A stretch of DNA of 60,586 nucleotides, taken from positions 1 to 60,586 of the forward strand of contig JABXID010000203.1 of the NCBI GenBank assembly GCA_013373245.1. Direction: 5' to 3'. Each line of letters begins with the position of its first letter. The stretch's first letter is position 1. Shown here one piece after another: positions 51,033-60,523 of the stretch. Below the pieces are notes generated by a model. It did no database searches. It was not told the DNA's origin and saw nothing but the letters and a program-made list of their open reading frames with translations. The translations under genes were made by a program, and so were the position numbers. This stretch comes from Gammaproteobacteria bacterium. GTDB taxonomy: Bacteria; Pseudomonadota; Gammaproteobacteria; Enterobacterales; Alteromonadaceae.

Positions 51033-51751
51033 GTACTGTATTGATGACCGGCGCGACTTCGGGGATAGGTTTAGAACTATTCAATAAATATGTTGAGCAA
51101 GGATACGACGTAATAGCTTGTGGCAGAAATCAGGAAAAGTTGACTGAGTTGGAGCCTAAAGCCAAAGCGACAATGCGATTTGACGTCAATGAGCCAGAGC
51201 AAATTAAATCCGCCATTCAGTCATTTGAAGGAAATATCGATATCGCAATCTTAAACGCAGGTGACTGTCGTTACATTGATGATGTAGTGAATTTTGATGG
51301 TCAATTGTTTGCTGATGTGATCAATACCAACTTAACCTCAATGGGATTTTTACTGCAAAATATCTTGCCTAAGCTTTCTGCCAATGGTCAGTTGGTTTTG
51401 GTTAGTTCTAGCGCAACTATTTTACCATTTTCTCGCGCGCAAGCTTATGGCGCATCGAAGGCTGGATTAGATTATTTAGCGAATAGTTTACGTATAGACT
51501 TAGCGCCTAAAAATATTTCAGTGAGCTTGGTTCATCCTGGTTTTATTAAAACGCCGCTTACCGATAGAAACGACTTTCCAATGCCGTTTATCATTAGTAG
51601 TGAAGAAGCGGCAATTCGAATTTATAAAGGAGTGAGTGCGAGAAAGCCTTACATTCATTTCCCTAAGCGTTTAACTCTTTTATTGAAATTAATCGCTTGG
51701 TTACCTGACATTATTTGGCACAAGATTGCCACAAAAGGATTATCAAAATGA
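51029..51751 (+). CDS. Short-chain dehydrogenase/reductase
   Basis: TGATSGIG, LNAG and YGASK motifs. Confidence 0.92.
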   Translation: MSTVLMTGATSGIGLELFNKYVEQGYDVIACGRNQEKLTELEPKAKATMRFDVNEPEQIKSAIQSFEGNIDIAILNAGDCRYIDDVVNFDGQLFADVINTNLTSMGFLLQNILPKLSANGQLVLVSSSATILPFSRAQAYGASKAGLDYLANSLRIDLAPKNISVSLVHPGFIKTPLTDRNDFPMPFIISSEEAAIRIYKGVSARKPYIHFPKRLTLLLKLIAWLPDIIWHKIATKGLSK

Positions 51752-53076
51752 AGAATATTGCAGTTATAGGCGCAGGAGTGTCGGGACTTACCGCAGCATA
51801 TCTATTGTCAAAAAAGCACAAAGTCACAGTATTTGAAAAAAATGATAGAGTAGGTGGTCATACAGCCACCGTCGATGTAGAACTTGAAGGCGAAAATTAC
51901 GCCATAGATACTGGTTTTATTGTATTTAACAACAAAACGTACCCCAATTACTTGGCACTATTAGATGAGCTTGCCATTGGCAAACAAGAAACTGAAATGA
52001 GTTTTTCCGTTCACAATGTCAATACTGGCATGGAATATAACGGACATAATCTAGATACTTTATTTGCTCAGCGTTCAAACTTCTTCAAACCTAAATTTTG
52101 GTTATTGATTAGGGAAATTTTGCGCTTTAACAAACTCTGTAAGCAGAGTGTGACGCAAGATAACTTCTTAGAAAATTACACATTAGGTGAATTTCTTAAA
52201 GAACATAATTTTAACCAATACTTTTCTGAGCACTATATTCTGCCGATGGGCGCTGCCATTTGGTCTAGTTCGCTCGAACAAATGGAAGAGTTTCAATTTG
52301 GCTTTTTTGTTAGGTTTTTCCACAACCACGGTTTGTTGAATATAGCTGATAGGCCGCAATGGTATGTGATCCCAAATGGTTCTCGAAGTTACTTAGCTCC
52401 GCTTTGCAAACCGTTCCAAGAACGTATTCATGTAGCAGCTAATATTACTGGTGTTACAAGACAAAACAATAAGGTTCAAATTCATTTTAAAGACCAAGCC
52501 ACCCAGGAGTTTGATGAGGTCGTTATCGCATGTCATTCCGACGAAGCGCTAACTCTTCTAAATGACGCCAGTGAATCCGAGCGTTCTGTTTTATCATCGA
52601 TTCCTTACAGCAGTAATTCAGTTGTTTTGCACACCGACGAAAAGCTTTTACCTAAGCGCAAAAAAGCTTGGGCGAGCTGGAACTATCAGTTAAGTGCAAA
52701 TCGTAATGTACCTGCTAGCGTGACTTATAATATGAATATTCTGCAGGGACTAAGTTCCGAACATACTTTTTGCGTTACGCTCAACCAAAAACAAGCAATT
52801 GAACCGAGTAAAATATTACGAGAGTTTACTTATCATCATCCGGTATTTTCCATTGAGTCGATTGCTGCTCAAAATCGAAGGGCTGAAATTTGTGGCAAGC
52901 AACATACGCATTTTGCAGGTGCTTATTGGCACAATGGGTTCCATGAAGACGGCGTTAGAAGTGCAGTAGAAGTCGCAAAGCGCTTCGATTGTTTCCTTGA
53001 TAAGTTTACTGAACAGACAAATGAAAGTGTCGAATTTGTACAACAAGGTGAGTTAAAACGAGCTGTAAATGAGTAG
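51748..53076 (+). CDS. FAD-dependent oxidoreductase (amine-oxidase-like; UfaD-type desaturase candidate)
   Basis: GAGVSGL, DTGFIVFN, WASWNY and GFHEDG motifs. Confidence 0.88.
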   Translation: MKNIAVIGAGVSGLTAAYLLSKKHKVTVFEKNDRVGGHTATVDVELEGENYAIDTGFIVFNNKTYPNYLALLDELAIGKQETEMSFSVHNVNTGMEYNGHNLDTLFAQRSNFFKPKFWLLIREILRFNKLCKQSVTQDNFLENYTLGEFLKEHNFNQYFSEHYILPMGAAIWSSSLEQMEEFQFGFFVRFFHNHGLLNIADRPQWYVIPNGSRSYLAPLCKPFQERIHVAANITGVTRQNNKVQIHFKDQATQEFDEVVIACHSDEALTLLNDASESERSVLSSIPYSSNSVVLHTDEKLLPKRKKAWASWNYQLSANRNVPASVTYNMNILQGLSSEHTFCVTLNQKQAIEPSKILREFTYHHPVFSIESIAAQNRRAEICGKQHTHFAGAYWHNGFHEDGVRSAVEVAKRFDCFLDKFTEQTNESVEFVQQGELKRAVNE

Positions 53077-53818
53077 TTTTATCTTTAAAGGCTCGGTAAG
53101 TCATCGGCGTTTTGCGCCCAAAAAGCATAGTTTTTTATATAACCTTTACATGTTGGCACTCGACGTTGAAGAAATAGAGCAGGAGATTAAGCCCTCCGGA
53201 GTCTTTGGTTTTTCTTGGTTTAACCCCTTGAGATTTAATCAAAAAGATTATATTACTGGTGAACCCCAAAAGTTATCGAGTCGTATAAAGAATAAAGTTG
53301 AAGCAAAAGGCGGTCACAGCGACATCAATAAAATACTGATGTTAGTGCAAGTACGATGTTTTGGACTGTACTTTAGTCCCGCCAACTTTTACTTTTGTTA
53401 CAACCGTGACGGTGTTTGTGATCAAATGTTAGCTGAGGTCAGCAATACACCTTGGAATGAAAGGCACTATTATTTAGTTGACCTGTCTTCAAACGAATTG
53501 ATGGTTAGCGACAAACGGTTTCACGTTTCACCGTTTATGGACTTAAATATGAGATATCACTGGAAGATAAAACCACCAGAAGACAATAAAGATAATGTAT
53601 TTATTCATATTGAGAATCGCCGCAACAATGCGGAACAGGTTAAGTTATTTGATGCTTCGTTAGCGCTTAAAAAACAGGCATTCACATCGAGTAACTTACT
53701 AAAGCTTTTGTTCAGTACTCCGATGATGACGTTAAAGATCGTCGCAGGTATATATTGGCAAGCCTTAAAGCTGTTTGCTAAAAGAGTGCCGTTCATTAGC
53801 TATCAAAAAGCCGAATAA
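53069..53818 (+). CDS. DUF1365 family protein (UfaO-type)
   Basis: HRRFAPKKHSF, EVSNTPWNERH, FHVSPFM and IYWQALKL motifs. Confidence 0.9.
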   Translation: MSSFIFKGSVSHRRFAPKKHSFLYNLYMLALDVEEIEQEIKPSGVFGFSWFNPLRFNQKDYITGEPQKLSSRIKNKVEAKGGHSDINKILMLVQVRCFGLYFSPANFYFCYNRDGVCDQMLAEVSNTPWNERHYYLVDLSSNELMVSDKRFHVSPFMDLNMRYHWKIKPPEDNKDNVFIHIENRRNNAEQVKLFDASLALKKQAFTSSNLLKLLFSTPMMTLKIVAGIYWQALKLFAKRVPFISYQKAE

Positions 53819-53834
53819 TAAGTAGGAGAATAAA

Positions 53835-55073
53835 ATGGAAAAAACGGTAGGTTTGAGCGACACGAAAAAAGAAAGTTGGTTAGATAAACGCTGTCGTTCA
53901 CTTGTATTTTCTGTTCTTTCGAAGTTGGATTATGGCCGCTTAGAGATAGTCGAAGGTGAGCAACACCACGTATTTCCTAGTGCTGCATTGCAACAGGCTA
54001 CTGACAATCCAGTGACAGCTAAGATAAATATTTTAGACACTTCCACCTATCGAGATTTTGTTAGAGGTGGCAGTATTGGCGCCGCAGAGTCGTTTATTGA
54101 AGGTAAATGGACTAGCCCTGACTTAACGTCGGTTATCCGTATTTTTGCTAAAGCGCAACAACAAACAGACGCTTTGGAAAACCAATCTTCTTGGTACTCT
54201 AAATTAAAAAATAAAGTGTTCCATTGGCGCAACCGAAACAGCCAATCCGGCTCAAAACGCAATATCTTGGCCCACTATGACTTGGGTAACGAGCTATACA
54301 CACGTTTTTTAGATCCGCAAATGCAATATTCATCGGCTATCTATCCTACTGAACAAGCTAGCCTTGAGGAAGCACAAGATCACAAGTTAAAAACTATCTG
54401 TGAGCGTCTAGCATTAACCAGCGATGATCATCTGTTAGAAATTGGTACGGGTTGGGGCGGCTTGGCGATTTATGCCGCTAAACATTATGGCTGCCAAGTA
54501 ACCACAACAACTATTTCGGATGCGCAATTTGAATACGCAACCCAAAAAGTAGAGCAGGAAGGTTTGGCTGATAAAGTCAATTTGTTGAAAAAAGATTACC
54601 GAGAACTGACAGGCAAATACGATAAGCTGGTTTCAATAGAAATGATAGAAGCGGTTGGATATGAATACCTCCCAAGTTTCTTTCAGCAATGTAATGACAG
54701 ATTAAAAGAAGGTGGCAAGTTACTGATCCAGTCGATTACGATAGCCGATCAGCGTTTTGACTATTATCGTAATAACGTCGACTTTATTCAGCGTTATATT
54801 TTCCCTGGTGGTTTTCTTCCGTCAATTACGGCATTGTCACAACACATGACGGACAATACAACGCTAGTGATGGAATCATTACATGATATAGGGTTGGATT
54901 ACGCAAAAACATTAGCAGATTGGCGCAAAGGTTTTTTAGCATCCTGGAATGAACTAACGTCATTTGGTTATGACGAAAGGTTTAAACGTTTATGGTTATA
55001 CTACTTAGCGTATTGTGAAGGTGGTTTTTTAGAACGTTCGACCAGCACAGTACATTTGGTAGCTCGCAAATAA
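53835..55073 (+). CDS. cfa: Cyclopropane-fatty-acyl-phospholipid synthase-like SAM methyltransferase (UfaM-type candidate)
   Basis: NILAHYDLGN, LEIGTGWGG, SIEMIEAVG and YIFPGG motifs. Confidence 0.9.
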   Translation: MEKTVGLSDTKKESWLDKRCRSLVFSVLSKLDYGRLEIVEGEQHHVFPSAALQQATDNPVTAKINILDTSTYRDFVRGGSIGAAESFIEGKWTSPDLTSVIRIFAKAQQQTDALENQSSWYSKLKNKVFHWRNRNSQSGSKRNILAHYDLGNELYTRFLDPQMQYSSAIYPTEQASLEEAQDHKLKTICERLALTSDDHLLEIGTGWGGLAIYAAKHYGCQVTTTTISDAQFEYATQKVEQEGLADKVNLLKKDYRELTGKYDKLVSIEMIEAVGYEYLPSFFQQCNDRLKEGGKLLIQSITIADQRFDYYRNNVDFIQRYIFPGGFLPSITALSQHMTDNTTLVMESLHDIGLDYAKTLADWRKGFLASWNELTSFGYDERFKRLWLYYLAYCEGGFLERSTSTVHLVARK

Positions 55074-55099
55074 ATACGTAGGGCAGATAAGTATTAACA

Positions 55100-55128
55100 G
55101 TATTAGCAAGCAAAACGCTTGCTGATAC
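55100..55128. terminator. Hairpin terminator between convergent cfa and yfbR
   Basis: GTATTAGCAAGC-AAAAC-GCTTGCTGATAC followed by Ts. Confidence 0.7.
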
Positions 55129-55146
55129 TTTTACAATATGTTGGTG

Positions 55147-55743
55147 TTATAGCTGACTAGAGATCTCGTCAAGACTTAGAGAAAAACTAGGAACAAACAC
55201 TTCCATGAAATAGTCGACTTCTGGACTGCGATACTTTTCCAATGTTTTTGCAATATTGTTTTTCGCTTTTTCAAACTCATGGTTGCCAGCTGCGATTTCT
55301 TCCATCGTTTTAAGGTAACCACATATGACATCCGCTGATTTTACTAATCTGCCAAGCTCAGGCTCTATTTTGTCATGTTCGATAAGTTCAGCGAAATCTT
55401 GTTGAAACTCTTCAGGTACCATATTCACTAAGGTGGTTTCGGCAATAGCTTCAATCTTTTTATATTCGCTAGCAATATCTTGATTAAAATATTTGATAGG
55501 GCTCGGTAAATCCCCGGTGATAACCTCTGAAACATCGTGGTAAAGGGCTATTAAAGCAGCTCTTTCCGGGCACACATTACCGCCAAATTTTTTATTTTTA
55601 ATAAGCGCTAACATGTGACTTACTACGGCAACTTGATGACTATGTTCTTGTACGTTCTCCGGTGTGACGGTGCGCATTAGCGGCCAGCGTTGGATCAATT
55701 TTAACCGCGCTAAATTGGCAATAAAATGACTAGTTTGCATCAT
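55147..55743 (-). CDS. yfbR: 5'-deoxynucleotidase
   Basis: [18 protein letters not shown] and [17 protein letters not shown] motifs. Confidence 0.95.
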   Translation of the reverse strand: MMQTSHFIANLARLKLIQRWPLMRTVTPENVQEHSHQVAVVSHMLALIKNKKFGGNVCPERAALIALYHDVSEVITGDLPSPIKYFNQDIASEYKKIEAIAETTLVNMVPEEFQQDFAELIEHDKIEPELGRLVKSADVICGYLKTMEEIAAGNHEFEKAKNNIAKTLEKYRSPEVDYFMEVFVPSFSLSLDEISSQL

Positions 55744-55752
55744 GTTTGCCCC

Positions 55753-56967
55753 TTATTGTCTATAAGTGGCAAAGAAGTCGGCGATAGCTTCAAGTGCAGG
55801 TTTTAATTCTTCCATATTTGGTAAAAAGACCAAGCGGAAGTGATCAGGGTCAGGCCAGTTAAAACCGCGACCATGAACTAACAATATATGTTTTTCATTC
55901 AATAAGTCGAGCACCATTTTTTCATCATCTTTGATGTTGAATTTTTTACGATCGATTTTGGGGAACAAGTACATTGCCCCTTGAGGTCGCGCACAACTAA
56001 TGCCGTCAATGGCGTTTAGGGCTTTATAAGCGTAATCCATTTGGCGATAAAGACGTCCGTCTTGTGCAACCAGATCATTGATGCTTTGATAACCACCGAG
56101 CGCTTGTTGAATAGCATATTGAGTTGGAACATTTGGGCATAAGCGCATAGACGCTAACATGTTCAAGCCATCAATGTAGTCTTTTGCTTTATGTTTGGCG
56201 CCCGTTAAAATCATCCAACCTGTTCTAAAACCTGCGGCACGATAGTTTTTCGACAAACCGCTAAAGGTTACAGTAAATAAATCAGGTCTTAAGACTGCAA
56301 TGCTGTGGTGTTTGGTTTGGTCGTACAACACTTTGTCGTATATTTCATCACTGAAAATGATCAGACCGTGTTGTTCAGCGACTTTGGCAAGCTCGAGTAA
56401 AATCTCCTTACTATAAACCGCGCCAGTTGGGTTATTTGGATTAATCAATACAATGGCTTTGGTTTTTTTGCTGAGCTTGCTAGTGATATCCTCAATGGAT
56501 GGATTCCAACTATCTTCTTCGTCACATAAGTAATGAACAGGTTTGCCACCACTTAAGTTTACCGAAGCTGTCCATAACGGATAGTCAGGGCTTGGGATAA
56601 GAACCTCGTCACCATCATCTAACAAAGCTTGCATAGACATAGTAATTAACTCACTAACGCCGTTGCCAATGTAGATATCTTCGACCGCAATGTCCTTTAA
56701 GCCTTTTTGCTGGTAGTACTGCATAATAGCAACACGCGCCGAATACAAACCTTGCGAGTCGCTGTAACCTTGAGCTTTAGGTAACTGTTTGATCACATCC
56801 TTCAACATATCATCCGGGGCCTCGAAGCCAAACGGGGCAGGGTTACCAATGTTCAGTTTTAGAATTTTATGGCCGGCGTCTTCTAATAGCTTGGCTTGCT
56901 TGAGGACAGGCCCCCTAATTTCGTAACAAACATTGTCTAACTTGGATGATTTTTTAATGGATTTCAT
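55753..56967 (-). CDS. alaA: PLP-dependent alanine transaminase
   Basis: KSSKLDNVCYEIRGPV, LNIGNPAPFG and GLSKNYRAAGFRTGW motifs. Confidence 0.93.
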   Translation of the reverse strand: MKSIKKSSKLDNVCYEIRGPVLKQAKLLEDAGHKILKLNIGNPAPFGFEAPDDMLKDVIKQLPKAQGYSDSQGLYSARVAIMQYYQQKGLKDIAVEDIYIGNGVSELITMSMQALLDDGDEVLIPSPDYPLWTASVNLSGGKPVHYLCDEEDSWNPSIEDITSKLSKKTKAIVLINPNNPTGAVYSKEILLELAKVAEQHGLIIFSDEIYDKVLYDQTKHHSIAVLRPDLFTVTFSGLSKNYRAAGFRTGWMILTGAKHKAKDYIDGLNMLASMRLCPNVPTQYAIQQALGGYQSINDLVAQDGRLYRQMDYAYKALNAIDGISCARPQGAMYLFPKIDRKKFNIKDDEKMVLDLLNEKHILLVHGRGFNWPDPDHFRLVFLPNMEELKPALEAIADFFATYRQ

Positions 56968-57082
56968 TCTGTTATCTAAACTCACTCTTTGGCTGATATA
57001 TTTTGTTGCACATTTTTACAGATAATTGCCTGTTTATGTCAAATAATAAACATGAAGTAACTTAATTAAAACTGAATAATAT

Positions 57083-57721
57083 ATGGCTTTACCTTTAATT
57101 GCAGCGATTATCGCGGGTGCAACAGCAATTCACCAAAGTAATAAATCGCACTATAAAAAAATTGAACATAAGCGCAAGTACGACTCGCTTTCAGATAGCT
57201 CGTTTGGCGAGCAAAAAATCCGTTCAAGCCATTTCACATCTATACGCAATGAAGCGAAATATATGCCCAAGGTTCGAAAGTTACCATCTGATACTTATTC
57301 AAATGGCCTGACTGTAATACCTGAAGCCGGATCGATTGTTTGTTGTGAAGTATATGGAATGTTTGATCACACCGGTATTTGGTTAGACGATGAGACGATT
57401 ATCGAGTTAAGTAACTCAGGTCTTGTTAAGGCGGTTTCCAGCCAACGCTTTTTACAGGAGCGTTCCGGGAAAAACTTATTTGTTGCTTGTAATAACTTGC
57501 ACAAACCTATTGTTATTAGTGGCTGTGAGCAACGAGCAGTATCAAATTTATTTAGTTATCGAGAATATGACGTTATCGACAATAATTGTCATCGATTTGT
57601 TAATTTTTGTCTATCAGGTAGAGATATTGAACTTACAACATTTGCTAACTTAAACAAACAATTAGCAAAGTTAAGTGGACAAAATATTTATTGGGATAAG
57701 GTAAAAGTTCGGCTGGATTGA
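57083..57721 (+). CDS. LRAT-like (permuted NlpC/P60) domain protein
   Basis: DHTGIWL and NNCHRFV catalytic motifs. Confidence 0.85.
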   Translation: MALPLIAAIIAGATAIHQSNKSHYKKIEHKRKYDSLSDSSFGEQKIRSSHFTSIRNEAKYMPKVRKLPSDTYSNGLTVIPEAGSIVCCEVYGMFDHTGIWLDDETIIELSNSGLVKAVSSQRFLQERSGKNLFVACNNLHKPIVISGCEQRAVSNLFSYREYDVIDNNCHRFVNFCLSGRDIELTTFANLNKQLAKLSGQNIYWDKVKVRLD

Positions 57722-57751
57722 TGCTAAAATTAAGGCGTCTTTCTAACTAAG

Positions 57752-58576
57752 GTGAACTTCGTGGTAAAACAGTTAAAAATATCGGTACTAACCCTCGTTG
57801 TCTTATACAGCGCGATCTATCCGTTTATCAGTAAAGATAACTCAAAAGATGTACAATCTTCATCCAGCGAAACCGTAACATCAGCAAATGTAGATGTGCC
57901 TGAAGAGGCTTCATTTGGCTCAGAAGTGCTGCCTGATTTTTCTAAATACCAAGACGTGAAGCAAAAAAAGCGTGCGTTTTTTGGTTACCTAGCTCCATTA
58001 GTGCGTCAAATAAACTCAGAAATGTTGAGTTATCGAAAATTTGTACTCAGTGTTAAAAATCCACCAAAGGACGCAAAAACTACAGCTAAATTTGAAAAAG
58101 TCGCGAATAAGTTTCACATCGACTTAGATCAAGACTTTGCTTCAATTAGACAACAGATGTTGTTGCGCATAGACGCGATCCCCGTTGAATTAGTATTAAT
58201 GCAAGCAGCGAATGAAAGTGCATGGGGAACATCACGATTTGCGTTGGTAGCGAATAACTTATTTGGTCAATGGTGTTTTAAACCAGGTTGTGGCGTGGTT
58301 CCGACAGGACGACCTGATGGAGAAAAATATGAAGTTCGTAAGTTCGAGCACCCAATAAACTCGATTCGTAGTTATTTTAACAATTTAAATACTGGCCACG
58401 CGTATGATGACATGCGTGAAATTAGACTGGCACTGCGAGAAGACGATAAGCCACTAAATGCATCAGAAATAGCTGAGGGTTTATTGTCATACTCTATTCG
58501 CAGAGAAGCGTATATCGAAGAGATACAAGCTATGATCCGAATCAATAGCAAGTATATTCCTAAGGCGAACGGGTAG
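57752..58576 (+). CDS. Bax-family glucosaminidase-domain protein
   Basis: QAANESAWGTSRF, NNLFGQWC and NLNT..AY motifs. Confidence 0.9.
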   Translation: MNFVVKQLKISVLTLVVLYSAIYPFISKDNSKDVQSSSSETVTSANVDVPEEASFGSEVLPDFSKYQDVKQKKRAFFGYLAPLVRQINSEMLSYRKFVLSVKNPPKDAKTTAKFEKVANKFHIDLDQDFASIRQQMLLRIDAIPVELVLMQAANESAWGTSRFALVANNLFGQWCFKPGCGVVPTGRPDGEKYEVRKFEHPINSIRSYFNNLNTGHAYDDMREIRLALREDDKPLNASEIAEGLLSYSIRREAYIEEIQAMIRINSKYIPKANG

Positions 58577-58585
58577 AGCATTTCA

Positions 58586-59239
58586 GTGAAAAAACAAAAT
58601 AGCTTTATTCTTGCCATAGTCATGTGTATTGGCTCACTGACTGGTTACACTCATGCGAAAAATGAAAAGACTATGGTGTTAAATTATGATGGTTTTTTCG
58701 ATCGGATGGATGATCTAGAGGCTCCGGAATATAGCTCAATTAAATTGGCATTCTATTTAAGAGCCGCAACAGGCAAGCCTTGCGATGTTAATGCAGTTTT
58801 TTTAAAAACCAAACATAAATCGATCGAAGTTTATACGTTGCCGGACGGTGAATTGTTATTACCATTTGATCCCAAGCTAGATCAGGATAAAGCTGCCATA
58901 GTTATTGAAAAAAATACGGATGAGACTTGTGGTTTAGATATGCGACTTGAATCGACTCAGCTATTTACCAGCACAGTAACGGTTAAAAATAGCCTTGAGT
59001 TGATAGAAACCTTTGATACTGCATTTTCAGATTTAGGTGGCATGATGTCATTTATGCTACCCAAGGTGCAGGGCATTACGTTTTTGTTAGAAGATGGCAA
59101 CTCACTGTATTTGCTTGATAAATCCCTAGGTAAGTGCACAGAAAACAGTTGTACTGTCACAACAGATGAATTACAGCGTTATGGTAAATCGTTGAAGTTT
59201 AATCAAGCGCCGAAAAAGTCAGTGGCGTACATTCAATGA
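58586..59239 (+). CDS. Exported protein, DUF2987-like
   Basis: Signal peptide; ELLLPFD..L..DKA and GGMMSFMLP motifs; follows bax. Confidence 0.7.
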   Translation: MKKQNSFILAIVMCIGSLTGYTHAKNEKTMVLNYDGFFDRMDDLEAPEYSSIKLAFYLRAATGKPCDVNAVFLKTKHKSIEVYTLPDGELLLPFDPKLDQDKAAIVIEKNTDETCGLDMRLESTQLFTSTVTVKNSLELIETFDTAFSDLGGMMSFMLPKVQGITFLLEDGNSLYLLDKSLGKCTENSCTVTTDELQRYGKSLKFNQAPKKSVAYIQ

Positions 59240-59251
59240 TCCTGAATTAAG

Positions 59252-60136
59252 TTAGCATAAGTCACCGAGTGCGGTTTCAAGCTCGGTATACTTAAATTCA
59301 AAACCTTTTTGCAATAATACACCTGGCACCACTTTTTTCCCCGAAAGTAACAATTCTTTACCCATTTCCCCCATAAGTAAATTAACCAACCATGCTGGCA
59401 TTGGTAAAATAGCGGGGCGGCTCAATACATGTGCTAACGTTTGACTAAATTCAGCATTAGTGACCGGTTGCGGAGCCGTTAGGTTTACTGGGCCGGATAT
59501 ATCAGTGTTATCGATACAGAATAAAATGGCATTCACTACGTCTTGGATATGGATCCATGGCATCCACTGTTGGCCATCGCCAATCTTTCCGCCGAGACCA
59601 AGTTTAAATGGCAACAGCATTTTCTTCAGCGCGCCTTTTTTATGGCCAAGCACAATGCCTGTGCGTAGCAGACAGGTTCGAATATCTATTGCTACGGCTT
59701 GTTGAGCAATGTTTTCCCATTGAGTGCATAAACTGCTAGAAAAGCTGCCATCACGATCACCCGTTTCATCTATCGGGTTATCACAGCGTTCCGTACCATA
59801 AAAGCCAATGGCCGATCCGCTGATAAAAACAGTTGGCTTTTTGGATTGTTGTTCCATGTGATTGATCAGGTGCTGGGTTGTCGATAGCCGGCTAACAACA
59901 ATTTTTTCTTTGGTCGAATTGCTCCAACGACTATCGGCAATCGGGTGCCCTGCTAGGTTAATCAACACATCAAAGTTTTGCTGTTTTGGAATAGTGGAAA
60001 AAGCTTGTACTCCACTTTGTACTTTATCGGGCGAGCGTGACAAACAACTAACTTCGTAGCCTCTTGTTAATAAAGCCTTTATTAGCTCCGAGCCGATAAA
60101 ACCTGTACCGCCTGTTACTAAAACTTGTGTTGCCAT
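59252..60136 (-). CDS. TIGR01777/YfcH-family NAD-dependent epimerase
   Basis: TGGTGFIG, INLAG, SGSAIGFYG and GQQWMPWIH motifs. Confidence 0.92.
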   Translation of the reverse strand: MATQVLVTGGTGFIGSELIKALLTRGYEVSCLSRSPDKVQSGVQAFSTIPKQQNFDVLINLAGHPIADSRWSNSTKEKIVVSRLSTTQHLINHMEQQSKKPTVFISGSAIGFYGTERCDNPIDETGDRDGSFSSSLCTQWENIAQQAVAIDIRTCLLRTGIVLGHKKGALKKMLLPFKLGLGGKIGDGQQWMPWIHIQDVVNAILFCIDNTDISGPVNLTAPQPVTNAEFSQTLAHVLSRPAILPMPAWLVNLLMGEMGKELLLSGKKVVPGVLLQKGFEFKYTELETALGDLC

Positions 60137-60234
60137 AACTAATCTCCAAAATTCTCTTGTTAATACGAGGCTTCATTAGATTTAGTTTAGAGGTTATTTA
60201 TTTTATTGGTATTTTGCAGAGAGGAATTGTCGAG

Positions 60235-60501
60235 TTACAACACTTCAATTTCTATTTCTGTGTCCGGTACGCTGCAACAGGTTAATATTTCGCCTTTTCG
60301 TACGAAGGCCAATGGCTCATTGATATAACTTATTGAACCGGATTTTAGTTTACAACGGCAGGCACCACAAAACCCTTCGCGGCAATGGTAAAGAACTTCT
60401 ACGGCGTTTTTTTGTAGGGCGTTGAGAAGGGTTCGATCGTTAGAGTCAAAGGTGAACTCTGACTCTAATTCATTGTTTCGATGAACCCGGACTTTAGACA
60501 T
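60235..60501 (-). CDS. yfaE: 2Fe-2S ferredoxin, class Ia RNR maintenance protein
   Basis: CREGFCGACR..CC; downstream of nrdB. Confidence 0.93.
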   Translation of the reverse strand: MSKVRVHRNNELESEFTFDSNDRTLLNALQKNAVEVLYHCREGFCGACRCKLKSGSISYINEPLAFVRKGEILTCCSVPDTEIEIEVL

Positions 60502-60523
60502 TAATCAGAAGAGGGCTGTAACA

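Noticed and set aside
1864-60059. Many short (60-170 aa) ORFs antisense to or nested in long genes, for example 2778-3020, 21353-21865, 27959-28258 and 33534-33914
   Set aside because: They are shadows of well-supported genes and have no recognisable motifs.
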